A stretch of DNA of 62,958 nt, counting the filler, from Lenisia limosa (taxonomy: Eukaryota > Protista > Breviatea), in assembly GCA_001655205.1 (NCBI GenBank). It is 6 parts of 6 records of this genome, joined end to end, with 100 filler letters (N's around TTAATTAATTAA, not from the genome) between each part and the next. Parts side by side here need not be neighbours in the genome. Positions count along the whole stretch, not along the records: positions 30,352 to 54,923 come from LPNZ01001855.1; positions 55,024 to 58,934 come from LPNZ01009218.1; positions 59,035 to 61,194 come from LPNZ01004966.1; positions 61,295 to 62,958 come from LPNZ01005652.1; 2 more parts are not named here. One strand, 5' to 3'. Positions 49,863 through 61,716 of the stretch are shown here, one piece after another. The notes under the pieces are model-generated. The model did not search any database. It was given only the letters and a program-made list of their open reading frames with translations, and was not told the DNA's origin. The stretch's first letter is position 1. Each line of letters begins with the position of its first letter. The position numbers were made by a program, and so were the translations under genes.

Positions 49863-51833
49863 ATGGATATAGTTCGGCTCCTTAAAGGAGAGTTTTCGGT
49901 TCCTCACGTAAGGTAATTTAAGCCAGCTCCCCTCTGGATTTGTTTTTACTATTTAGTGTTAATGGGCTTGAAGGGATCGATGAAGTCCAGGACGGTTCTG
50001 CCCAAGAAAAAGGTAAGACTGAAGTCCACCTTTAAGGTCCCTTTCCATGTGTTCTTTTCTAATATATTTAGGAAGTATAATGCGGATGCTTTTGGCGTTC
50101 GCTATTTTCCTTGTCGGTATGCTGAACACCATAGTGTCATTGCAACTGCTTCTCTCCTTTCATTTCTAATCTATAACCCTTTTACTTTAACCTGAAAATT
50201 ATGACTGGTAAAGGTGGAGCTGTCAATACATATATGGCAAACTTGGCAGATCGCTTGAGGCCTCTCCCTGGTAAGTATCGCCCCAATAAGGCCTAACCCT
50301 TTCTTTCTTTCTACTCACGGCTTAGGTACTCCTCCACTCCCTGATATTGGCCACTACTTAATCCCTGAGATTTTACACCCTGAAGGACTTCCAGAATACT
50401 TCTTGGGTCCTATTTTGGTTGGTAATCATGCTATTATCGTCAGTGTTGACCGATCAAGATGACAACGTTTGCTTTTGTCCTCATTCACCCTCAACGACTC
50501 TGTATTCTCCGGAGAATCTTTGTTATTCAAGTTTGCGGAGAGAAATTAACAAGTTTGCCATTTGAAGAGCCTTTTGCCTTGGTCCTTTGGTCATGTTACA
50601 TATTCAAGCAATCCATTTAACTTCGCTGAACTGTGGTCAAAACACATTCTAACTACCAGGGTGTGATGTCTTTGCTTCGGGCACTAACAGTTGTGGTCAC
50701 CTCACTCCCCGATCCAAAGTATGCCCCGTTTCAAACTTCCGTTTTTGTTTTCGTTTTCCTTTTTTTTTTATAACTCCAGTCCTCTTTGTCAAGATGTTGA
50801 CCGCACAATGCGGCATGTTTTTCAGCCTATCAACCCTTTTGATTCGTAAGCAAGTTTTGTGACCATCAGCATTATTCGAGTTTTACTCAGCTTGCATGTT
50901 ATCACCCATACAAACTGCAGGAGCGCGAATTTTTATCCAGACTTTAATTCCTTTATCATTGGCACCCTTTCACATGCTAATTGTCCAGACAAACGTGTGG
51001 CGATTTGATCTTCAGTGGGCACACTGTTGCTCTAATACTGGCGGGTTTTATATGGCAGGACTACACCAGACATCGGGGGATTCATGTATGAAGGGATTTT
51101 CACTTATGATGCGATTCAAGCTCTTTTTTTTTGACATTGAAGGTTGTGGTTTGGGCCCTAGTATGGACAGCAGTATTGTCTCTACTTGCGGCCAGATTCC
51201 ATTATACAATTGATGTTGTCATTGCCTCAATTCTAACAATTCGAATTTGGAGACATTATCACCTCTTTATCGTGGTGCCAGAACTACAGGTATGCTGTGT
51301 AGCTTAGAATTTGGTTTTGGCTAACCTTTGAAGAAAGAAGACTGGTTTATGCAATTACTTGAAGACCAAACACAGAATAACCCAATGGCCATTTTGGAAG
51401 GCAGTATGAAGGTAGTTCTGGGCTGGACCTTTCTCTAAACTTTGGAAGGCGTCGCTGTCTCGCAAGACTCGAAGGATGGCCAAATCGTTTCACAATGTCC
51501 AAGATGCCATCTCAAACCACGATGAACCCTATCAGGTTTGGATACAGTGTTAAAGAAGTGTCACTTTCTAGGCTTCTGGTTTGCCTATTCCAAACACAGA
51601 TTCAGATGCTAATGAAAATGATGGTAGTGTTTCTGTCTTTGTTACATAACTGTTACGTGCAGGTCTTCTTGAAGGTGACTTTGACTCCAGGGCAGCAACC
51701 CCACTTGAGTGTGAGGGTCGACCATTTGTTCCTTCTTCTTCGTATACCTCCCCTCCCCCTGCAGGTAGTCACCTTTATTGTTTATATTTCAGGAACAGTT
51801 GAGCCCCGGCCGCGGGTGCCGTGTGACCTTTGA
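49863..51833 (+). CDS. Sphingomyelin synthase family phosphotransferase (SMS/IPC/EPC synthase-like, PAP2_C); 3' end approximate
   Basis: ATG at 49863. D1-like PPLPDIGH, LLRALTVVVTSLPDP, D3 QTCGDLIFSGHT (~50988-51023) and D4 LLAARFHYTIDVVIA (~51186-51230). The catalytic His/His/Asp triad is intact. Confidence 0.85.
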
Positions 51834-51997
51834 TGAGTCTCTGTCGTGTTCTGTGTGTCGGTGTGTTTTCTTTTCTTTATTTGCTGTTTCCCTGGTTATT
51901 GACACCTTTTTTCGGATCTACTTGTTGTACTTTATTATTAATGTATCTTATTTTACTTTGACAAACTTGTAGATGCTGAAATTGAATTTTATTAATC

Positions 51998-54906
51998 CTA
52001 CTCATTCATAATGGCTTCGATTTGCTGGTGATGCTCGTACATCTTATGGAAAATCTACGCAATAAAGGAATACAAGTACCTTATATTTCTTGTTGTGATA
52101 ATCAGCATCGTCCTGATTGGGGTAGACAATCGGGCCAGATTTGGTCATGCCTCTCATGGCATCGATAACAGTTCTAAAAAGTAATGTCTTCGTATAGTAC
52201 ATGATATTCATGCGCTCCCCACTCCCCACGAGTATTTTCCTGAAGCAGTAGCTGCAAGAATGGCGGACCCAAGTAAAACAGGTTCTGCAGTGCCAGGAAT
52301 AACCAAATTGCAACCAGTCACATCAGAGAGTTGGGTCATAAATACTTTGTTCTGAGTGTGTCACTCAGAGATTCTTCCCACCTTAGAGAGACCACCAGCA
52401 ACAAATACTGTAGAAATGTGGAATCCATTTGAATTGAGAGTGGAGATAATATGCCGTGAACCATGGGCAACCTAAATGGTTAGACAAGGCTCATTTCATC
52501 TTGCCCACCGATTGAATAGCAGTCAAGTACTGAAGAGCAAGGTCATCGATCGTATTTGAGAGTATGAGTCCTGACACAACACCTGTGGATGTTAGCTTTT
52601 GGCAGCACAAACCAGTGAGAGAGGGGTTGGCACGGGGGGAACGGTTTCCATGGAAATAGGGGAGCATGTGGAGCTTCCTAGTCAAATAGCACATGGGTTT
52701 CTAAACTGTCAACACAGTTGTCGCCTACCATGGACTTCTTTTGGAGTTCTTCAAGAACTGAGTTCAAATACTCATAGATATTCAGTCCCTTGGCAGATGC
52801 ATTCTTCTTGGCAGCGTCGCCACATCCGTGACTATTGATGACATGGTCAACTGGAAATGGGTCAGCAAACAGTCACTACTGCGTACTCAGTGCGCCCGAT
52901 GCTGATTGTCCTCCTTCAGCAAGCCACACTCCAGGAATCATTGCTATACTTGTTACAAAACAGAATATGAAGAAAGAGCATCAGGGAAAGGACTCTTTTT
53001 CATCGCATACAACCGTTGTACCATCATACAGTATATCATATGATAATCCCAACAAACATCTTACATTATACGGTATGGTAATCAATAGTGATACCGTCCC
53101 GTCACCACTAACCACTTTCATAGGGCCCCCAGACACCCTTGACAAAGAGTGGGCCGTCTTGTTGGTTACTGCATGCCATGAAGCAGGAAGAGGTTCCGCT
53201 GATGAGTGCAAGACGATTGTCAATTGTGTTGAGGCTTGCCTGCGCAGTAAGATAGAACTGACACGCCTTACCTCAGGGCAGCAGTCACAATCTGACGCAA
53301 TGACACCGAGTCCACCAGCGTGGGCATCAATGATAGACACTCCGACTGCGGTACCAGGCTTCAGTCCAAGTTCCGCAGCGGCTTCAGAAGAGAGGCCGGG
53401 ATGGACGGGTGTTCCCATTGGCAAGACCTTTTGTCCTGCATACTTTATTCTCCAAAGTCACTTACCGAGCCGGGCGAAGTTGTCCGACACCAGATCATCA
53501 AGACCAACCATGGAGAAGAATTCCTTATTCCACCCATCTTGTGAATCAACATAAGTCATCTTGCACGTCGTGCTAGAATATGAGATGTTGGTCCTGATTA
53601 ACTCTTACCTGCAAAGAGAACGAATGTTGGAGCCAGTAGCGCGACTACAGTAATAAAATGCCAGTGATCGATCAACACCCTGCTGTCAAGGTTGTATAAG
53701 AATGCCCAATAAAAAACCCTTTCTTACTAAGTCAACCAATCAGGAAGGTCAAAAAAGTGGGTTGCTTTCTGAATTTATGAGAACCACTCTGAATGCAGTC
53801 TAGCATTGAAAGTATCTACCCTCTCCACCTGATAAGTGCTGGGGTGGTGTTTCTTGAGCCATAAAACCTTGGGAATCTCCATTTCAGGCGAAATTGTGGA
53901 TCCAACATATCTGCAATATTACGGGAGACAATTTGAAAAAAATCAAGCCTCGAGGAAGAATATATAATGTGATTAATATCATATGTCTTATAGCAAGAGA
54001 AGATTAGAGAAAACCAGTCACATACTTGAGAACACCATGGTTTGTGGAATTAATGAAGTCGGCTTCTTCAATTGCCCTGTGGTCCATCCTATTAGAGTGA
54101 GTCCATAATTCTATCCGGTAAAGAAGAGCGCCCCTTACCAAACAATAACATTGAAGTCCTCATTGCCGTCTGTGTTAACTATTAGGGTGAGAATACAAAC
54201 GGTTGAGGAGCAATGGTGGTAGTATGTTATTTGTTTTTGTGTTAGATCGAAATTTAACAAGGAATCAAAAACCAATCCTTTATAAATATTTATAAATATA
54301 TCCTAGTATATCTAAGATATTTATATCATAGTGTATAATAGCAATAATAATAATAGATAGTAGTAGATAATAACAAACAGCAAACCTGGAAGAGACTTAT
54401 CTTTCTCATCAACAACAACCAAAGAACAGGTTGCATCAAACCCTATGAAGTCAATTTACAAGAAATACAACAAGACAGCAATAAAAATCGACACCTACCC
54501 AGCCCTTTAATTCCCTCAGGTTCGACCTTGGATTCTTCAACAACAGATTTGACGCATTTGCAGATACTCTCCCAGATGTTGGTTGAAGACTAAAACATCA
54601 CCATTATTAAACTCTCAAATAATAGTACATTAGAAATATGGCAATAAAGCAATAAAGCATATAATCTGAGTCAAAGAATGAAAGGAATGCAAACCTGTTC
54701 AAAAAATAAGTGCTCAGGATTTCTGGTAACAATCTCTTGAACGCTAAATAATGAAATATTAATTATTACTTAATCAAATTAAGAAACAGAGGATGATAAA
54801 GACGAAAAGAAACCCACGCAGAGGAAACAAGGCTACCATCTGCTGTAAAGAGACCTGCCCTTGCACTTCCTGTTCCGACGTCAATACCAATGTAATACTC
54901 AGACAT
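51998..54906 (-). CDS. FGGY: FGGY-family carbohydrate kinase (D-ribulokinase-like)
   Basis: [85 protein letters not shown] and AGGLSK. Ends [21 protein letters not shown] at 51998-52000. Confidence 0.92.
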
Positions 54907-54923
54907 TTTTGGCTCCTTACACC

Positions 54924-55023
54924 NNNNNNNNNNNNNNNNNNNNNNNNNNNNNNNNNNNNNNNNNNNNTTAATTAATTAANNNNNNNNNNNNNNNNNNNNN
55001 NNNNNNNNNNNNNNNNNNNNNNN
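54924..55023. other. Artificial contig spacer
   Basis: TTAATTAATTAA at 54968-54979 within Ns. Confidence 0.92.
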
Positions 55024-55189
55024 GGGGGGGGGGGGTGGTGAGAAAGATACAAATTATTATAAAAGAAAATATCAATGTCACTATGACTCTCCGAATACAA
55101 TACAAAAAAGAACCCTCATTATTCATACCCGCTCCCCAAAATAATACTAGTAATAATAAAAAATAATAAAATAATAAAACCATAGCCCC

Positions 55190-58100
55190 TAACATTCCAT
55201 GCGCGCAATTGTCCGTCTTTACCACCAGTCACAAAGGTGTGTTTATCTTGGGGTTTAGCAGAGAAATATATGAACGGTTACGAAGGTTCGTTAATCAATG
55301 GGGTTTTGGAGGATACATGTATTATATGGCCGAAGGTATGCTTATCTGGGTGTTTACGAGTACACATCCCCCGCCAACGACAGAAACTAAGCCGATAAAA
55401 AAAACAGACCCTCCCCTACCGATAGACACCATGGCAAAAACTTCCTCGTCCGCTTTGCGGTCGTTTCTCTGGTTTTCCTTCTCCATAATGTCATCCTCGT
55501 CTTCAGCTGAGTGTCATTTGGTACTTGTGTTAGTAGTGGGAGGGGGTAGTGCAAAAATGACAATTTATGAAAATTAAAACAAATGAATAAAGAAAAAAAA
55601 GCAAAAAACAAACTTGCCATAGGTATGGTAGAAAAGGGAAACTATTAAACAACAAAAGATGTTGAAGAGAAGTCATTTGCAAGCTGTGGTAGGTAGACGT
55701 GGAAGCGAGCGCTTGCCAGTTTTACCACCCTCACTCAACATTGAGCGGAAGTAGTGTCCTTTCTACACACTTCGAAACTCTTGGAAATTTACGCAGGCAC
55801 TGTAGCCTTGATTTTATTGAACAATCTTTTTTATCTAGGTGAGTAATTTCCCAGTTGTTTTAACTATTTCGGATTTTCTTCACGAAAATTATCTCTTCCG
55901 TCTTCAAACTGGGTCCAAAAACATGGAGTCCTATGATTGCACCTTTGAAATGCACTTCCTAAAGGAGAAGAAAGATCTCATTAGCATCACGCCTCCCATC
56001 CCACTTTGTGTACTCGCCTCTCTCCGACAAAAACCACCAGAACGGTTGGTTCAGTCTTTTTTACCTGACATGTGTTTATATCATCGGCGGATTTGGCTAG
56101 TATTTTATTGTAGGTTATTGTGCGGTATTGTGACAGCCAAGGCGGCCAACTGTGATAGTGTGGAACAAATTGCAATCACGTTGCGGATGTTTCACCAAGA
56201 AAATATTCATTGCAGATCGCATGGCCTTCGCTTGGTGGTAAGACAACCGACGTGTTTACGTTTCGTAACGCTTCAGAGCGTGGGACTTCCTGCATCATTT
56301 ATTACATCTGCACGAAAACCATTTTTGCGAAATTGTGACTTTTCGGGGTACTACCATTGCTCTTTGAACTATTTGACATTGGTATTTGTTTTATCTTGTA
56401 TCATTACCAAATGAATGTCATCCACAACACTTGCAAGTGACGAAGGTGAAAAAGAGAACAGTTTAGATAAAACTGCGACAACCGGATTGAAAGGATAATA
56501 CAAAAAACGGAAAAATTCAGAAAAGCGCCGAAATGTAAATTATTATGTATGAGAAGCAGGGCTTACTCTGGTAACAAAAAAAATAAAATATAACGGTAAA
56601 ATATTAATAGGTTTCGGGAATTTATCGAGAAATCAGTCTTTTCTTGTAATTGAAGTGGAGTCATAATGAGAAGAAATAAAACTAGCCCAAATAATAATAA
56701 TAATACTAAAAAAAATAACAAAAAAAAAAAAAAAACCCNNNNNNNNNNNNNNNNNNNNNNNNNNNNNNNNNNNNNNNNNNNNNNNNNNNNNNNGCTTTCG
56801 GATCTTTCTTCGGGATTTTCAGCACTGTATCTACGTACAATCTAAAGAGGTGAACATTGTTTTGGGTTGTAATTATTGTTTGAAACGCCTAGCATCGATT
56901 CCCTATTTCTCAGAACGTGCAGATTAATATCAATGATATGTGATGTATAGTAAATGTGGTAAGTCTCAACATATCCATATGTACTTGTATAAAAACAGAA
57001 CACTCTCGGTGTAAATATTAAGAAAATATAAAAAATACCAACACTACCTCCCCCTCTCCGCTGCTACCATTTTCTTCTTCCAGTTAACAAGTTTGGCAGT
57101 ACCATGTCCACAGAAGGACAGGAATTCCTACGTTTGTCAAAATTCTCATTCTAAACACATCGACCCATTTCATATCACGGGTATGTATCCTAATATGAAT
57201 TGGTCAGTTCATCATAAGCTATCATTTGAAAAACAAATTAAGGATCAGAAATAGTGAAATGTCAAAATATAAAAAGAGCATAACCCCTCCTTCCAGACTC
57301 AACCTCCTATCAAGTTATTTATTACAGCGCCTCTACTCACCCTCAAGATCCACCATACCCACCACCCTCCCTCCTTCATCGTATATCCGCTATCACCCCA
57401 CTCCCACCTCAGGCCTGTCAATAGCCTTAGCAAAGCCTTTGGGTCCGTTCCAATGGGGAATAAACTTCTTAAAACAGTTGTACGAGTCGACGTTCCAACA
57501 ACGCACCTACGGGAGAGTTATTAAAAAATCTAGGGATTCACTCCACTGGTCCACTCATTATTATCAAAAAAAAGAGAATTAAAACATTTTAAATAATAAT
57601 AATAACAACAATAATATAATTAATAACAATAATAAAAACGTAACCCACAGTGTTGTCGTTACCAGCCGAGAAGACCGTCTGAGAGTCCTCACTAAACATT
57701 GAGGAGTAGACAGTATCGGTGTGACCCTGAAGTTCCGAGACAAGGACGGGGGATTCCGTGGCTGTCGCTAGGAAGAGGTACTTTTTCCGAGCATTGCAGG
57801 CTGCAGGGGTGGGGGTAAATGGAAGGTAATTCCGATGACGACTACAGGAGTTTAAATGACAACATACATATGACGATGTGTTTGCCGTTAGGAGAAACCT
57901 CGATATGGACCGGGTAGGAAACCCCTTCAACTTCAAATCTGAAGACGTGAATGGATTCTACACAAAGGCATTGGCGTGGAATTTCCAAAAAGGAAAGCAT
58001 GACAGCCACCTGGGATTGACTTTCGAAACCCGAAATTTCTCCAGATTTCCATCTTAATTTTCATCACATTCCCAAGTCAATGCGCCGTGGTGTAGATGGG

Positions 58101-58640
58101 AGGTTAGGATACTATTGAGGAAAAATGATCTAGTTTGAGTCCATTATACTGTTTAATTATTTCCCAAGATATTGAATTTGTTCAAAAGAGCTTCAAAAAA
58201 ATAATTAGAAAAAAAACAACAAAAAAAAAAACTCAACTCCATTCAGATGACAAACCTGGTTGCTTCCAAAGTCTCCTTGTTCATAGTCCTGGAAATTGTT
58301 AGTGTCTTTTGCTCGACAGCTCTTCCATTAGAAACTCTACACAAAACAAAATGCAAGACCCCAACAACAAACCGCTGCAGTCCTTCAAACATAGAAAAAT
58401 AATACACAACAAAAGCATAACCGACCAAATGTGAATTTAAAATTTATCTCTTATTAAAAGATGCACCTATCCCTCATAATAAATACCAAAATATGTCCAC
58501 CTTATCTGATAGTATAAAAAAAACAACAACAGCAAAAAGCCGAAGAAAATTGTCCCACCAGGTTTTGCCTGAAATAAGGAGGAAAACATAGTCGTGGTCG
58601 GGGTGGCTGGCTAGCTTCGGCTCATCATACGCACCGTGTT
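55190..58640 (-). CDS. WD40-repeat protein; partial, may be more than one gene, both ends in gaps
   Basis: ELQGHTDTVYSSMFSEDSQTVFSAGNDNT/VRCWNV (~57450-57740) and HTFVTGGKDGQLRAWN (~55193-55245). Confidence 0.6.
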
Positions 58641-58934
58641 NNNNNNNNNNNNNNNNNNNNNNNNNNNNNNNNNNNNNNNNNNNNNNNNNNNNNNNNNNNN
58701 NNNNNNNNNNNNNNNNNNNNNNNNNNNNNNNNNNNNNNNNNNNNNNNNNNNNNNNNNNNNNNNNNNNNNNNNNNNNTAAACCATGGATTAAAGAGATGCC
58801 CAACTTACACTTGATAATTTCATTGGTTGCGTAGTCTCTTTTGAGAATCAGCTGGACAAGTTAAGATGAGGAATGGATGTGACTTCAAAAAAAAGAATAT
58901 TAAACCCCAATAAATAAGAATGTAAGAAAGGTCG

Positions 58935-59034
58935 NNNNNNNNNNNNNNNNNNNNNNNNNNNNNNNNNNNNNNNNNNNNTTAATTAATTAANNNNNNNNNN
59001 NNNNNNNNNNNNNNNNNNNNNNNNNNNNNNNNNN
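58935..59034. other. Artificial contig spacer
   Basis: TTAATTAATTAA at 58979-58990 within Ns. Confidence 0.92.
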
Positions 59035-59419
59035 GCAAACTTGGGGAGGTGGGAGATTTATGAAAGAAAAAAAAAAGCCCAAAATCAACTCTGGTGACCG
59101 ATTTGATCTAATGAACCAGCAGAATGCACACCATATCATAGAAAAGTAAAACAAAAAAAACTTCGCGCATTTGTTTTTGGACGACATACAATGACAATAA
59201 TTGTAATTTAAGTGCCTGAAATATGGTTTTCGTTACAATATGAATATCCATTTATCTTCAAGACTACTTTCTCACTTAATTCCTCGGAGTCCTATTAACA
59301 ATACAGCGAAGTATACAGTGACCAGGAAAAGTCATGACCGATTTACCATATGATTTCCCAGAGAAAATCGGTCAAGACTTATCGCGGCCACTGTATATCA
59401 AATATATTTCTCTCCTAAT

Positions 59420-61050
59420 TCTACCCGCTCACTTCATCCAGGAGTTCATTTCGCTCATTTGTCAATACAGTCACCTGGAGGGTAAACAAATGCCTGAAAA
59501 AACCACAATTGTGTCAAGGGTTGCCTGGCAAATAGCACCCTGTGTGTTTGTTTTGGGTGGCAAAGTTGCACGTACATGGTGAAATTTTGTTGTTGTTTTA
59601 TAGTATTTGTATTATTGTGTCTCCGAAGATTTCCTTGCTTTCAATAAAAAAATGCAACTATTTAAAACACTTCCACTACCACCACTATAACCCCATAATA
59701 CCCCCTATGAATAATATTGGGTGAATTAGTATTATACTGTAATCCAATATCTCTTTCAGCGTGATGGTGGGGACGGCTTCGGCCAGATACACCTTTATTA
59801 ATATTGTATCAAGGGCTTCACTTTGGTTTGAAACAGAACGGTAAAATATCGATAGTTTTCGGATTTATCGAGAAATTCAGTCTTTTACCAAACCGAAGTG
59901 AAGCCCTACCTGTAACCCCCGTTAATGTATTTTCACCTTGCCAGGGTAACCCCCAAAACCAACACATTGCCCCCCCCCCNNNNNNNNNNNNNNNNNNNNN
60001 NNNNNNNNNNNNNNNNNNNNNNNNNNNNNNNNNNNNNNNNNNNNNNNNNNNNNNNNNNNNNNNNNNNNNNNNNGCTTTGGTCTGGGTTTCTGCCTGATCC
60101 TTTGCCTGGAGAAAATGTTAGTCAATTCACGAACGGAGACATATATTATCTACTTGGGTAACTTAAAGTGAAGGTAAGTCTTGACCGATTTGCCATATGA
60201 TTTCCCAACAATTCGGCAAGACGTATCATAGTCACTGAATATGTGCATAACCCGAAGTGTTATACTTCTCGCTCTGGGTTCTATACAATGAAATATTGAA
60301 GGTGAAGATAATGTAATGAAGGTTGAAGAAGATGATATTTACCATCTAAAAATCGAGACTGGATTAAACGTAGTGCATCTATAATAAAAGAAGACAGGAA
60401 TGCACAACCCAAGATCCCAAACCTCCCACATTGCTCAGCTCATCAAGACACATTTCGGCGTGCTCATATCGTCCTTTTGCCTCCGCCAAATCCTACGATT
60501 ATTAGCCTCAGTGAAGTCTTAAAGATATTAGCTTTTCAGATCAAGAACCAAAAACAGTATTTTAAAAAAGTAATATTATTGAACACGTTTTACTCTGTGT
60601 TTATTTTCAGAAATCGGTTACAAGAGACTGAAAAAATACACACATTTATCATAACTTATCGAGAAACTCAGTGTTTATTTCTGACGGGAAGCCCTATCCA
60701 TTGAGCAAACCCGTTTGAGACGATGTATGACTTCCGCAGCACTTTCCTCGGTTTTGTTACCCTGGTCAACGCACGTTGTTTCCTGGGGTGTTAAATTGAA
60801 ACTGGTTCCTGGGGATGATATGAGTTACATGAATACTGAGCTTTATCTTTAGTCAATCATATCAAGACTTATCAGTGTTTGTAATATGCATGAAATTGAG
60901 GATATTAGTGGACTGTGATGAGCTTTTTGGAAGTACCAGGAAAGATAAAGTATTGCGGAAAATCCCATGAAGACCCAACACGCCGCATCACTCAAACCTT
61001 GAACAAAGTTCTGTATCCCTTCGAGAAGCTACTGAAGGATATCTGAACGG
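59420..61050 (-). CDS. Multi-exon hypothetical protein fragment, probably helical or coiled-coil
   Basis: AG/GT-bounded segments ETTCVDQGNKTEESAAEVIHRLKR, DLAEAKGRYEHAEMCLDELSNVG, VYLAEAVPTITLKEILDY and VTVLTNERNELLDE. Confidence 0.4.
59813..59906. mobile_element. MITE-like element, copy 4
   Basis: GGGCTTCACTTTGGTTTG...CAAACCGAAGTGAAGCCC|TA; core in the opposite orientation to copy 2. Confidence 0.75.
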
Positions 61051-61194
61051 TTACCACCAGAAACGGATTTGAAGGTGTGAGATGAACAATTCAACAAATT
61101 GGGAATTGTGTGTACAGATATCATATTATATTGATATACTATACGTATAGGTCAGGGAATATGAAGGGGCCCAGTGCATATGAAGGGGCCCAGT

Positions 61195-61294
61195 NNNNNN
61201 NNNNNNNNNNNNNNNNNNNNNNNNNNNNNNNNNNNNNNTTAATTAATTAANNNNNNNNNNNNNNNNNNNNNNNNNNNNNNNNNNNNNNNNNNNN
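61195..61294. other. Artificial contig spacer
   Basis: TTAATTAATTAA at 61239-61250 within Ns. Confidence 0.92.
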
Positions 61295-61377
61295 TCCCCT
61301 CCCTTAGACTCCTCATATATATGATATTCTGATCTTATACATGTATGTATTATGTATGATTATCTGATCCTATATTA

Positions 61378-61475
61378 TATATAGCAATGAAAATATATAT
61401 AAATAAAAAAAACAAGGTTGTATCTGGCCAAAACAACTCTGTGCACACAGCTTTCTCCATACCTTCCCCAGCATA
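61378..61475. repeat. Second interspersed repeat, copy B
   Basis: ATAGCAATGAAAAT..AACTCTGTGCACACAGCTTTCT..CCCCAGCATA. Confidence 0.6.
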
Positions 61476-61716
61476 ATTCTGTCCTATATTATACGATACT
61501 CTGGTGCTTGAAGACCCCCCCCCCCCCNNNNNNNNNNNNNNNNNNNNNNNNNNNNNNNNNNNNNNNNNNNNNNNNNNNNNNNNNNNNNNNNNNNNNNNNN
61601 NNNNNNNNNNNNNNNNNNNNNNNNNNNNNNNNNNNNNNNNNNNNNNNNNNNNNNNNNNNNNNNNNNNNNNNNNNNNNNNNNNNNNNNNNNNNNNNNNNNN
61701 NNNNNNNNNNNNNNNN

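Noticed and set aside
52835-53554. 239-aa + strand ORF
   Set aside because: Antisense to well-supported FGGY exons.
55839-56414. 191-aa + strand ORF
   Set aside because: No recognisable motif and it lies antisense to the WD40 gene region; probably a shadow ORF.
16490-61250. Five identical TTAATTAATTAA palindromes as a biological repeat or recombination site
   Set aside because: Each sits exactly between two 44-N runs and places stops in all six frames, so it is an assembly linker. Gene adjacency across these joins is not evidence of clustering.
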